Source of the DNA: Hypanus sabinus
Lineage: Eukaryota
Direction of reading: 5' to 3'
Assembly: GCF_030144855.1 (NCBI RefSeq)
Contig: NC_082732.1
Coordinates: 24,862,001-24,926,000 of the forward strand
Length of the DNA stretch: 64,000 nucleotides
In this document: positions 52,170 to 63,840 of the stretch, in pieces
Layout of the letters: every line of letters begins with the position of its first letter
Position numbering within the stretch: the first letter of the stretch is position 1
Made by a program: the position numbers and the translations under genes
Notes under the pieces: generated by a model
Databases searched by the model: none
Told to the model about the DNA's origin: nothing
Seen by the model: the letters and a program-made list of their open reading frames with translations, nothing else

Positions 52170-52480
52170 GCCCTCCATCACTGGCAGTGTTCAGGGCTTC
52201 ATTCATCTTGTCAGTAGCTTTCCCTCAGTTTGCTGTCAGTCATTGCAAGTCCCGGGTGGAGACTTGGGAATACCATTGCACTCAGATGTAGAAGGGTTCT
52301 TCATCGCTGTTTCCGTAATGATTTTGTTTTGCCAGTCAGGGTCGTTAGCCCTGAGCTGAACCCTGAATTTGGAGGACCAGTGGGCCACTCTTAGTCTGGC
52401 CTGTTTGGCATGGCTGACCTTACCAAGAGGCAAAGTGCAAGGCCCTGACTCCAACCAACATAGACCTCCAGGTCTAAACC
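52170..52480 (-). mobile_element. RTE-clade LINE 5' UTR-like fragment
   Basis: ttagccc...aaccc...tggaggaccag...tctggcct...ggcatggctgaccttacca resembles RTE 5' UTRs in reverse; a related piece lies at 54830-54990. Confidence 0.5.
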
Positions 52481-52851
52481 CGAAGACAAGGCTGTGGTCC
52501 TCTCGGAGGGTCTTGATGCTACTTACCTGCTTTCCTAAGTCTGTAGGTTTGCCTATCACTAGGCAACCTGGGCACACCAGAGTCGCAGCCTCTCTTCACC
52601 GAATCTCTTGAGAAGCATTCATTTCACTTATTAAAGGATCGACTGGAGCTAGTCAAATATGCGTAAGTCCGTGCTGGATGAAGGATGGCCTCTGTTATTC
52701 TGTTGGTTCAGTGGTTGCCAGTGACATGTACAAGCTGAGCTGAACTTCACTATAGATTCTTTATTTCCATTACGTTGCAATCTCTGTGCTGGTTCCTCTG
52801 TTATTGCAGGCTGGCTAAAGATAGCTTTGAACTTGTGAACCCGTCAACAGC

Positions 52852-53122
52852 ATGAAAGTCTGCAAAGCGAGTACTCCTCTGGAGATGGGGAGTAGTAGGG
52901 ATCTCTATCCTCATTGCATTGCGGCGGTCGGAGGAGGAAGCAAGGGGGTGCCTATCTGTCTGTGTTTTCTTTTTCGACAGTGTGCTGACGGGGAAGGTGC
53001 GAAGAAAAGCTACATAAAGGCTTTGAAATGGCCTCATCTTGGAATGGCCTTCTTTGTAGTTGTGTCCATCACCATGACGTGCTGTTTCGTTTGGCAGTAC
53101 AAGCTTCCAAAGCAAGGCACAA
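52852..53122 (+). CDS. LACTBL1: Beta-lactamase-like protein 1, first coding exon (start at 52852 or 52885); hydrophobic signal-anchor
   Basis: ...KWPHLGMAFFVVVSITMTCCFVWQYKLPKQGT; phase-1 donor A|GTAAGT joins the next exon in frame; upstream acceptor ttattgcag at 52809. The start codon is uncertain. Confidence 0.75.
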
Positions 53123-53392
53123 GTAAGTGAAAGGACTGTCGTCAGTTACTGTACTTGGTGACGAGCTTTGGTATCATTAGTGCCATTCCGTACAGAGTAG
53201 GCTGCTAATTTCCTGTGAGCAATTGACCTGAATACTAACCAGCTGCTCCCCTGCCCGCTGCTTCCCGCCATCCTTCACTCTCTGCCTCCGACCGAGCTGA
53301 ATGAACTGCCCCCTTTGCTGTTCAGCGGCAATGATGTTGTCCAAGAACCAGAGTTGTCCAACTCTTCTTGCTGTGTCCCTTTTCTGTTTCAG

Positions 53393-53502
53393 GTGAAGAT
53401 ATTTCCTCTAACGAGGTTAAACAGGTGGAAATGTGCCCGAGGCATCCCCGGCCCGTACCGTTGGAACACCCCATACCGATTCTAAAAGAAGCTCTGGAGA
53501 AG
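53393..53502 (+). CDS. LACTBL1: LACTBL1 coding exon
   Basis: (S)EDISSNEVKQVEMCPRHPRPVPLEHPIPILKEALEK; the MCPRHPxPVPL motif is as in LACTBL1. Confidence 0.92.
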
Positions 53503-54244
53503 GTTTGTAAGTACATTAGCCAGGATCCAGTGAAGGTATCAACGCTGCTGGGTTTATTTTCCCTATTCTTTGAAACTGAAAGCAATTTCCCAGCTGCTGA
53601 GTTTAACATAGGGCTCCTGATGATTCAGTGCACTTTAGCAGAAAGGCGCTGATGTTTACAGTCTCCCTCACAGAGTCCAGGGACAGCATACACATCAACA
53701 GGGATTTCAGGTGTTTACTGAGTAGACTTATGAACAATCCTCTGAAAATCCTCTACTTTGTCGTAGAGGTCTAAAAGAGCTTTTAGTCATTAATAAGCCA
53801 CAATTATTACAGACCCAGTCATTTTGTCCTGAATAGCACTCGATTCCATGTTTCTGTATTGTAGCCAAATATTTCAAAGTATAATGTTGTGAAATTTAAA
53901 TGCTCTTTTCCAATGTTTAAGATGCTGAAATCAAGTTTGTACAAACCGATGATTGTTTTGCAATCTGTATAATATTTAAAAAGTTAATTTAAAAGTGAAC
54001 TTTTAATATTTTGTGAAAGGATGGCATTGCCACAAGCCTCTAAGTAATAAATATTGCTCTTTCAGAGATCGCCTTCTCATCTCTGAGTCAGCTCCTGAGG
54101 AAAAAAAAATTGTACATTTATCTGCTTGATATTTGGATACAACTCGACAGGAAATTCCTGTTTTAATACCTTCTCCTTGAGCCCATTACCCCTCCTGGGG
54201 CATAGACCCCAAACAGCTACGGCTTCCATTAATTTATACATCTT

Positions 54245-54810
54245 CTTAATCTTCTTAATGATGCAGCTCTATAAAACTCTAGTTAGGCCACACTTGGAGT
54301 ACTGTGTCAGTTCTGGTCACCTCACTATAGGAAGGATGTGGAAGCATCGGAAAGGGTACAGGGGAGATTTACCAGGATGCTGCCTGGTTTAGAGAGTATG
54401 GATTATGATCAGAGATCAAGGGAGCTAGGGCTTTACTCTTTGGAGAGGAGACATGATAGAGGTATACAAGACATTAAGAGGAATAGACAGAGTGGACAGC
54501 CAGCGCCTCTTCCCCAGGGCACCACTGCTCAGTACAAGAGGACATGGCTTTAAGGTAAGGGGAGGGAAGTTCAAGGGGGATATTAGAGGAAGGTTTTTCA
54601 CCCAGAGAGTGGTTGGTGCGTGGAATGCACTGCCTGAGTCAGTGGTGGAGGCAGACACACTAGTGAAGTTTAAGAGACTACTAGACAGGTATATGGAGGA
54701 ATTTAAGGTGGTGGGGGGGGGTTATATGGGAGGCGGGGTTTAAGGTCAGCACAACATTGTGGGCCGAAGGGCCTGTAATGTGCTGTACTATTCTATGTTC
54801 TATGTTCTAG
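54245..54810 (+). mobile_element. CR1 3' fragment
   Basis: LYKTLVRPHLEYC and TRGHGFKVRG motifs; tail (TTCTATG)n. Confidence 0.9.
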
Positions 54811-55614
54811 GTGAAGATCCTTCCTCTCGCAGGGTTGAGGTCTTTGGAGCTTCTGTTGGCATCTCTGTAGCTCTGAATTTTTACGGGATGGGGTTACTAA
54901 CCACATGCCCAACCCTGCTCCTTTCACAGCCAGGCTTGGGACCGTCCGTGGCAGAGTTTGCCCCCACCAAAACGTCATAGCTGGCATCTTTGTATTCCAT
55001 TTTCCAAAAGCTGAATTCTTAAGTGTGACAACTTTTTTTTAAATAACCTTTTTCACCTAAAGTAACAAAAGGAATTATAACATTTAAACAATGGCAGTTC
55101 CATCCTTAGCCATTAGCAAAAGTTAGTGAGATTTGCACCATTGTTCTTTTTTTTAGTGCCATTGGATCGAGATGTGGCAGACAAATTTTAATCTGGATTA
55201 AAACAGTAAAGCAAATACGAAAGGATTGACTTTTTTTGTTAGATTAATAGAACTCTGCAGCTGAGATAACATGAAACAATCTGAACAAGGCAGGGAAATT
55301 AAAGGATTACAGATGATTCATAAATGTTTGAATTCACTGAGTTGGTGAAAGGTAAACAAAGATTTGCAGAAAAGCAAATTGAAAGAAGACTGCAAAACAT
55401 ACAAGTCTTTAAAAGAATGGAATTTAAGTACTTAGCAAGCATTTTGGCTAAATTCATGTTTGAGTACTTAGTATGTGCCTTTCACTGCTTCAAGGCAGTC
55501 AATAACTACACAGTGGGAAACATGAGACAAAAGTGTGCAGTAATTTCACACAAACAACTCCCAGGTAAACCACACTTGTGTGCATTTGGATGGTGTCAAG
55601 GGATCTTTTGGAAT

Positions 55615-55910
55615 TTGAATGGTTTATTATCGTTGCGTGTAAAAAACTTGTCCTGCATATTGTACATACAGATCATTTCATCATACACTGCTTTGAGGTG
55701 ATATGAGCTAAAACAATAATCGAGTGCAGAATAAAGTTTAGCAGCCCACAGAGACTGCGCAGTGCAGGTGGAAAATAAGGTTCAAGATCAAAATAAGGTA
55801 TATAGAAAGGCCAAAAGTCTATCTTACTGTGCCAGGGAGCCATTCAATAGTCTTGTAACACTGGGGATAGAAGCTGACCTTGAGCCTATTGGCATATGCT
55901 TTCAGGTTTT
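55615..55910 (-). mobile_element. Rex1-related 3' UTR fragment
   Basis: ggtttattatc...gcagaataaagt...gggatagaagctgaccttgagcct resembles reversed Rex1-type 3' ends. Confidence 0.45.
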
Positions 55911-56219
55911 TTTTCTTTGATGTCTCTTCCAAAAGACTGTCCAACGATGCTGATTCCCTGAATACTGCAATATACTTGAAACCAATGTGTCCAAGTTGGA
56001 AGTGGGACTTGAACTCATGATCTTATGACTTGGAGGCAAGAGTGCTGTCACTTTGCCATGGCTAACATGGGACATGATGTCAGATGCAGAATCACTATTA
56101 ATTGTGTGTATTCAGTATTCCAAATGTACAAAGGGAAGATCCACCCACTCAGTCAGGTGTTAGGCAAAAACTATATTTCTGTCTTTAAATATCAGGTGCA
56201 TATTTCTGTCTTTATACAG

Positions 56220-56377
56220 ATTGACTTCCTTTTGCGTCATCAAATACATCCAATGAGTCTGCCGTCCATTTCGGCTATTGTAATATTTAATGACACCGTG
56301 CTGTGGACTGGAAATTTTGGGAAAAAAAATATTTCAGATGAGTTTTCGCCTCCACCAAATGAATATACTGTTTACAG
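56220..56377 (+). CDS. LACTBL1: LACTBL1 coding exon
   Basis: IDFLLRHQIHPMSLPSISAIVIFNDTVLWTGNFGKKNISDEFSPPPNEYTVY(R); donor GTAACT. Confidence 0.94.
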
Positions 56378-56629
56378 GTAACTTTGCACTGCCTCTTTTC
56401 TTGCACATTGCACAAGTCTTTGTTTCTTTGACAGTTGATTCAATAAGTAATTCCTCATTACTTAATTAAACCACCCCATCTCATTAATGTAACATGTAAA
56501 ATATTTACAAGAGATTATGTTACTTTATCAATCACAAGATCAAATGATGAAGGTGGCTTGCTTTAATTATCTTTAGAATGCTGACACTACAAGCCTCCTC
56601 TCAAAGACTGGCTGGTTTTAATAAGAGAA

Positions 56630-57090
56630 TTAACTTGGGAATGAAAGGGTTAACGTATGAGGAACGTTTGATGGCTCTGTATTCGCTGGAGTTGAGAAGA
56701 ATCATGAGCGATCTCATTAAAACCTATCGAATACCAAAAGGTCTAAGTAGAATTGACGTGGAGAGGATGTTTTCTATAACAGGGGAGTCTAGGATCAGAG
56801 GGCACTGTCACAGAATACGAGGATCTCCTTTTAGAAAAGAGGTTAAGAGGAATATCTTGAGCTAGAAGTTGGTGAATCTGTGAAATTCTTTGCCACAGTT
56901 GGTAATGGAGGTCAAGTCATTCAGTATATTTAAAGCAGAGGCTGGTAAGTCCTCGATTGTTAAGGTTGTAGAAGGTTACGGGGAGAAGGCAGGAAAATGG
57001 GTTAGGAAGGATAATAAATCAGCCATGATGGAATGTCAGAGAAGACTCAATGGGCCAAATGGCCTAATTCTGCTCCTTATGTTTTATAAC
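56630..57090 (+). mobile_element. CR1 3' fragment
   Basis: GMKGLTYEERL..LYSLELRR..RGHCHRIRG and the CR1 3' UTR. Confidence 0.85.
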
Positions 57091-57108
57091 CAGTGAGATT
57101 GTCTAAGC

Positions 57109-57189
57109 CAGGGGTTCCTAACTTTTTTTACACCATGGACCTCCTACCTTTAACTGAGGGGTCCGTGGACCCGAGGGTGGGAACCCGTG
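57109..57189. mobile_element. About 80-bp hAT (Charlie-like) MITE, second copy in opposite orientation
   Basis: CAGGGGTTCCTAAC...GGTGGGAACCCGTG; TSD GTCTAAGC vs GCCGAAGC (6/8). Confidence 0.75.
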
Positions 57190-59364
57190 GCCGAAGCCAT
57201 CCTTCACAATGGCCTGATCATTCCTGATGTAAAAGTATATCGTAGAGTTTATGCTGCACTTGCACTTCAGCACCTTGGGCCTGTCAATTTATCACATGGC
57301 CTCCTGTATCTTAAATTATTCAAAGGTCAGCCACGTAACTCGGATTCTCTCTCCACAGATGCTGACTGATCAGCCGAGCATAACTTGCACTCTCTGCAAT
57401 GTTAATTTATCCTGGCTGGGACACAGTGCAGTGATGCATCTTTACAATGATCTTTTTGAGCTTGATGGTCCGCTTCTCATCATCCTGTTCTGCTCCGAGT
57501 TGCGTTGTATCTGTTTGATTTGCTCAGCTTCAGTTGTTCCCTGTCTGCAACTTCCCCTCCTACCCCACCTCCCCCACTGGCTTCTTTCCCAGTCAGTCTA
57601 TATATGTTTTAAAATCTAATATTCTCTAATATCTAATATCTCTTTTGCTTTTGGTGATCTGAAATTAAATTGTGTGACTGTGCTGGCTTGGCATTTAGTT
57701 TGGAATGAAACACCACATCTGCGTCATTTTAGTTTGCCTCAGAAGATTCACTAATTATCTCCTCCTATTTCAATTCACCCTTCCTCTGTTTCAACCATAA
57801 CACCTGTTGACCTACATCCATGTACTACCCTTAATTTATCTCCATGTGGAAACCCTGCCACACAAGTAAGCCCTGTAGGTTATTCCTCTTTTACTTATCG
57901 TGTTCCCACTGATATCGGGACCTCTTCTCCCCCCCGGCTGTAACTCCCTTCTCAGACTCGTGCACAGGGATATTATTATCCTCATATGCAATGTCGTTTG
58001 CAGTGTTACCAACTAACAACTATATTGCTAATTAAGTTCCCTGCACAATAATTTATTGCAGATAAATGGAAGATTTAATGAATCAAATATTATAATTGTC
58101 ATGATACTTGGATGTTGCAGAGTCACAGACTGGTTACAATGCAGAAGGAGGCTACTTAAGAGCAACCCAGCTAGTCCTCTCCTTTTTCCATAGACCTACA
58201 AATTCTTTCCTTTCAAAAATTTACCTAATTCCTTTCTGAACACTGCAATTAAATGCATTCTCTACTATCTTTATATCAGAAGTATATTTTATCATGGTCC
58301 TACGTGACGCAAAATCTGTTGTTTTGTGACAGCAGTACAGTTCTTCAAAAGACAGGCATAAAAGTTATTAATTGCAAAGGTAGTGCAAAAAATAATGAGG
58401 TAGTGTTCATGATTTCATGGAGGGGAAGAAACTGTTTCTGAATCATTCAGTGTGTGTCTTTTGGCTCCTGTACCACCTCCCTGGTGGTAGTAATGAGAAG
58501 AGGTCACATCCACCAGACATATGAGCAGAATTAGGCCATTCAGCCCATTGTGTCTGCTCTGCTATTCCATCATGGCTGATCCCAGATCCAATTCAACCGC
58601 AGACATCTGCCTTCTTGCCATATCCTTTGATGCCCTGACTGATCAGATCCTTAGTAATGGCTGCCTCCTCCTTGATGCATCACCTTTTGAAGATGTCCTA
58701 GGTGGTGGGAGAGTTGTGCCATTCACCTTTAATCCATGTCTCCTGGTTCCTGACTCCCTCTGCCAGTGGGAGCGATTTTCCCCATGTCTATACCCTTCAT
58801 GATTTTAAAAAAGGTCTCCTCTTAACCATGTCAATTGCAAGCACTACAACCAAATAAAGTCCCTCATTGTATTCAAATAAACTCCCTCATTCCCTGAATC
58901 GTGGTAATAAATCTCTTTTGCACGTTTTTGAAAACTATTCCCAAAGTATGGCATTCAGAACAATACCCAGTCCTCTATTTGTGGTTTCACCTGTGTTTCA
59001 TAAAGTTTTAACATGACAACCCTGTTCTGTCCCTCACTTCATAAAACCCAGGATCCTGTCTTTTAACTACTTTCTCTATTTGCCCTGCGACTTTCAGTGA
59101 ATCTCCAGATTGCATCCTTTTGGCCTCTTCTCATTATTGCTACCAATACTAGTAATTTCCCATTTCACAGTATTAAGTTTTACCTGTCATCTTCCAGCTA
59201 GTCCGTCTCTGTCTCCTTGAAATCTACATTACGCTCACTCACAATCCTCAATAACTTTTAACTTCTGTGTTATCTGCCAATTTTAATATTGTGCCATATA
59301 CACCGGATACCATGTCATCAATATACATTAAAAAATTGAGGTCCTGTTATCCTCTGGGAAGACC

Positions 59365-59560
59365 ATAAGACATAGAAGAAGAAATAGGCCATTTGGCCCA
59401 TCAAGTCTGCTCCGCCATCCTATCATGGCTGATTTATTATCCCTCTCAACCCCATTCTCCTGCCTTCTCACCCAGACTAACAAAGAACCTACCAACATTC
59501 ACTTCAAATATATCCAATGATTTGTCCTCCACAGCCGTCCATAGCAATGAAGTCCACAGG
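59365..59560 (-). mobile_element. CR1 3' UTR fragment
   Basis: ataagacatagaagaagaaataggccatttggccc..., reverse of the CR1 tail. Confidence 0.7.
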
Positions 59561-59639
59561 TTTATTAGAAGATTGTTGTGACTAATTTTGTACATTTTCA
59601 TTCCTAAAAAGGGCAATTGCTTTATATTGGTAAATCTTT

Positions 59640-60030
59640 GGGCAGGTGGGGCTTGTCAGCCTTGGACAGCAGCCTGCCTAGGAGAAGGAAAACTCTAATT
59701 TTAAAGCTCCGCCACCTTGCGGCCGTACCCACCCACAGGAAAGGCCTCGGGAGTAAACCGTGAGGAAGAACTCCAGAGCTGGGGTCCCTAAGATAGTTTG
59801 ATGTTGTTTACAACTTCACTCCGGCAACCTCTGCAACAACACTGGTGCCAAACTGTATCGGCGCTTGCCTTTCCCTTGGACTACAGTGACTTGGAGAGGG
59901 GGAACCTACTGCGGAGGCAATAGCTGGTTCATCAAATCTTCCCGCCCAGGCTTGCACCCTGGAGAGGCCACAGTCCACCAGAGGTGCAAACCCATGTTCC
60001 CCTGAGATCGCCGGCTGCCTACTGTTACTA
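59640..60030 (+). mobile_element. RTE-like 5' UTR-derived repeat
   Basis: ctaggagaaggaaaactct and ttgcaccctggagagg motifs resemble RTE 5' regions; GC-rich island in an AT-rich intron. Confidence 0.45.
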
Positions 60031-60098
60031 CTTCTGGTAAATCTGCAATACTTTACAGTAAAGAATGTTGTGATAATCATAATCAATTTTCTTTTCAG

Positions 60099-60346
60099 GA
60101 TTGCAAGCATTTCCAAGATATTCCCCACTATAATGCTGTATAAACTATGGGAGGAAGGAAAAATCGCGTCTTTGGATGATCCACTTACAAAGTATGTCAA
60201 AAACTTTAGTATTAAAAACCCACTGGGAAGCTCAAAAGACTCAGAACATAAATATGAAGCAGATGATCTGGTATCTCTAGGGAGAGGGAGAGCCGCCACC
60301 GAAGTATCATCTGTGACGTTGAAGAGAATGGCCAGCCAGTTATCAG
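60099..60346 (+). CDS. LACTBL1: LACTBL1 coding exon with the SxxK active-site motif
   Basis: (R)IASISKIFPTIMLYKLWEEGKIASLDDPLTKY...VTLKRMASQLS(G): serine beta-lactamase/PBP SxxK and LDDP motifs. Confidence 0.95.
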
Positions 60347-60659
60347 GTGAGTTGGAAAGCTGTTCAAACGAGATGTGCATCGGACCGAGACCGATTAAGT
60401 ATTGTCCAGTTAATCATTTTAGGAAGTTAATCTGTCATTGTCCGGAGCAGGAGTTAACATTACAGAAGTCAAAGTGAGCACAATGCACAGTATGGCCAAA
60501 CTATTTCCCGCACCTGCGCCTAGGGATTTGTACAATTCAGAAGTATATATTGGAAAATTGGACTGGGTGGGTGGGGTCGTTCAGGAAGTACCAGAATGAT
60601 CTTGCTGACCACTGGATCTGCCGGGCTCCCCGCAGTAACAGGCATGCCTGTGTGACGAA

Positions 60660-60935
60660 CGAAAGCGTAGCCTACCACTATTACAGCTCCAGCGACCCAG
60701 GTACGCGGTAAGGGCAGGCAGAGTTCAGTTCCGTGATCGGGGTTCAATTCCGCCGCTGTCTGTAAGGAATTTGCATGCTCTCCCTGTGACCACCGTGGAC
60801 TTCCTCTGGGTGCTCCCGTTTCCACCCACGGTCCAAAGATGCACGCATTAGTAGGGTAATCGCTCGCATGGGTGTAAACGAGTGGCAGTGGCTCTTTGGG
60901 CCGGAATGACTTGTTACTGTGCTGTCTCTCTTAAT
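60660..60935 (+). mobile_element. V-SINE/HE1-like SINE
   Basis: B-box-like ggggttcaattcc, V core and CR1-like tail. Confidence 0.75.
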
Positions 60936-61144
60936 GAGCATTAAATACATGCCTGTGAATGGGGAGAAGCAGTATCACACAACACGTAACACTTTGTAAC
61001 CTCTACCTGCTCATGTTAACCCACAAACCTCACTTCAAAACTTCCTTGTGGCAGAGGAGACTATTCAGCTCATTGAGTCAACGCTGGTTCTCTGAACAAT
61101 CTAATTCCACTAATGATCTGCTCTCCACACATTCCCATCCTACC

Positions 61145-61790
61145 TAGTTCAAAATACATTTATCATCAAACTATGCATACATTACACAACCTTGGGATTC
61201 GTCTCCTTACGGGCAGCCACAAAACAAGAAACCTGAAAGAACCCATTTAAAAAAAGACCAACGCAGAGAGAAGGAGGGAAAAAATGCAAATAGTGCAGAC
61301 TATAAAAACTATAAGCAACAGCATTCAGAATGAAAGTAAGTCCATACAAGTGAAGCCCAGGACAGGCCCACAGCCTCAATTCATCTCACAGCAGGGCAAA
61401 TCATCGTGGTTTGCAGACAAAAAGACCAGAGCATCCTGAGCAGGCCCACAGCCTCAGCGCCATGGAGAGAGGAGTAAATGTCACGGAGGAGCGTGCAGAA
61501 CCAACTCAACCCTCGCCCCTGGTCCCCAGCACCCAGCCTTTTCAATCCATCCAGCCCGGCGCTTAAATTGTCCAAACATCAGATCATCCATCACACCAAG
61601 ACCCGGGCAGTCCCTGTCACTTTCCTGCCCTCTGGGCCTGGACCCTGCAACCACATTCTGGCCCATATCCAACCATTTCAAATCGGCCCAGCACTTAGAT
61701 CCATCAAGCCTTGCCCGCCATCGATTTTGTTGGACGGGCTCCAGAACTCCCCGCTCTGACTTTGCTCCACCTTGCACGCTCCGACTCTGT
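61145..61790 (-). mobile_element. Non-autonomous retroelement with a Rex1-like tail
   Basis: gttcaaaatacatttatcatcaaa...gggcagccacaaaacaagaaacc is the reverse of the tail at 40830-40950. Confidence 0.55.
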
Positions 61791-61975
61791 CTCGACTTCG
61801 CTGCATAGGGTCAACTCACATTGTCCTATAAACCTACCAGTCAGTAGGTCTTTGGGGTGTAGGAGCAAACCAGGGGACCGTGGGGAAATCCACACGTTCA
61901 CAAGGAGAACATGGTATCGAGGATAAGGATTGAGCCTGGATCTCTGGACTCTGGGGTGGCAGCTGTGCTACTTCA
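61790..61975 (-). mobile_element. V-SINE-like fragment
   Basis: gtctttggggtgtaggagcaaaccagggg...cacaaggagaac. Confidence 0.55.
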
Positions 61976-62136
61976 CTGTCCAACCCAATTAGTTGCTTTA
62001 CCAGTTGGCTTTACACGTTCTCCCTGGCCCCTGGGCATTTAATGGGTTTTCCATTTATGGTCACGGCAAACCGTATACGTGTTGGATTTTTTTTTTGGTG
62101 CCAATATCTTGAAATGTTGTCTGAAATGATTTGCAG

Positions 62137-62242
62137 GATTGCCCAGGCGACTCAGGTCCACAAGTCTACTTTGGGAAGGGAATACCCAGATGGCACTGGA
62201 TCTCTTGAGAGATGATTTACTCATTGCAGATCCTGGTACAAG
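62137..62242 (+). CDS. LACTBL1: LACTBL1 coding exon (gene continues beyond the window)
   Basis: (G)LPRRLRSTSLLWEGNTQMALDLLRDDLLIADPGT(R); acceptor ttgcag, donor GTGTGA. Confidence 0.94.
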
Positions 62243-62473
62243 GTGTGAGTTCAGCTTTTATGTCCTCCGCCAACGCTGACAGACCGGAACATGAAACTTC
62301 TGCCTTTTTAAAGAATTGCTGACTTGCCGCAATCCGAGTTCTCCCACAATTTGCAGCTTAAACTTGCATGCAATGAACCACCACTACCCGGTGAAATGTT
62401 CCAATATTTATTTATGGGATATAAATCCTCTGATGAAATCTTGCCCGACAAATGCCTAAGGCAGGGCTCCCAA

Positions 62474-62948
62474 TCTTTATTCAGTACCCACTGTACCTAA
62501 TAAAGTGGTTACTGTCTGGATGTTCACAGCCTTCAGCTGTAGCCCATTCACTGTCACCTCCCTGTCAGCTTGAACCGGTCTGGCCATTCTCCTCTGACCT
62601 CTCTCATTAACAAGACGTTTTTGCCCGCAGAACTGCCACTCACCGTAAGTATTTTGTTTCTCACACCTATCTTTGTAAACTCTAAAGACTGTTGTATGTG
62701 AAAATCCCAGGAAATCAAGAGTTTGTGAGATACTCAAACCACCCCATCTGGCACCGGCAATCATTCTGCAGTCAAAGCCACTTAGATGACACTTTGTCCC
62801 CATTCTGGTATTTACTCTTGACGTAACTGCGTACTTTAATGCATTGAGATGTTGCCTAATGATTAGATATCGACTATTGCTGCCTATTGATAGGTTAGAT
62901 ATTTGCATCAATGAGCAGGTGTGCCTAGTAAGGTGGTCGATGAAGGTA
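62474..62948 (-). mobile_element. Internally deleted Tc1-like transposon retaining the transposase HTH region
   Basis: The - strand reads MGTKCHLSGFDCRMIAGARWGGLSISQTLDFLGFSHTTVFRVY...GQKRLVNERGQRRMAR; gtacctaataaagtgg-type terminal motifs at both ends. Confidence 0.85.
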
Positions 62949-63174
62949 CTGTATTTGCTTGACTTGGTACACCCATTGTAACTAATCTGCAAAGTTGCAG
63001 CATGATTACACTGATGATTAAACATTTAGTGGGATAAGGCAGGCATTATATTTCTAAAGCACCTTAAATGAGATTTAATACCAATGTAATGGAGATATGT
63101 TACAACTCACCCACAGTTAATAAAAATTAGGTAAAAGTAGAAGCACTTTCCAGTTATCAGTGATAACAAATTAG

Positions 63175-63375
63175 TTTATTTATTGAAATACAGCCCTTTT
63201 AGCTGTGCCCTAGCCGAATCATGGAGCAACCCACCATCTAATAAGTCTTTGGACATGGAGGATTAAAAAGGTCACAGGGAAGAACCACACAAACTCCTTA
63301 CAGCCGGCAGCGGGAATTGAACCCGTGTCGTCTGCACTGTAAAGCGTTGTGCTAACTTTTATACTACCATGCCGT
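63175..63375 (-). mobile_element. V-SINE/HE1-like SINE
   Basis: aaactccttacagccggcagcgggaattgaaccc...gtgctaac, a tRNA-like head in reverse. Confidence 0.75.
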
Positions 63376-63689
63376 TGCTTTGTATCTTAAATATTTAGCA
63401 CTTCTTAACTATCATTCCTCATGATGCATTAAATGGAATTATGTCACACGATACACCCACCCCAATTTAAATGGGATGGGGGATATTGAAGCCTGCGCAT
63501 GTTGGCAGCAGGGTCTAGCTAGCAATGTCGGACTGGGAAATTGGAGCTGGTGAATGTATCACTGCGCATCATTCTGTTCCCACCGACGGCAGCAAGTGTT
63601 ACCTTGTACCACCTCGCCGTTACTTTAAAACGTGCATTTTGAATGCTGCACAGTTCTTTATGCAGCAGGTCCGATTTTCCAGTCTGTCG

Positions 63690-63840
63690 TGGGGGAGCGG
63701 AGCGGTTAGCACAACGCTCTACAGCACTAGCGACGCGGGCTCAATTCCTGCCGCTGCCCGTAAGGAGTTCGGACGTTCCCCCTGTGACCGCGTGGAGTTC
63801 CTCACTGGTCATTGTAAATTGTCCCGTGATTAGGCTAGGG
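63690..63840 (+). mobile_element. V-SINE/HE1-like SINE
   Basis: agcggttagcacaacgctctacagc...gggctcaattcctgccgctgcccgtaaggagttc. Confidence 0.75.

Noticed and set aside
60099-60346. Beta-lactamase motif as horizontal transfer or bacterial contamination
   Set aside because: Intron-containing gene with GT-AG sites, matching vertebrate LACTBL1.
63690-63765. tRNA gene
   Set aside because: tRNA-like A/B boxes continue into the V-SINE core; no complete cloverleaf.
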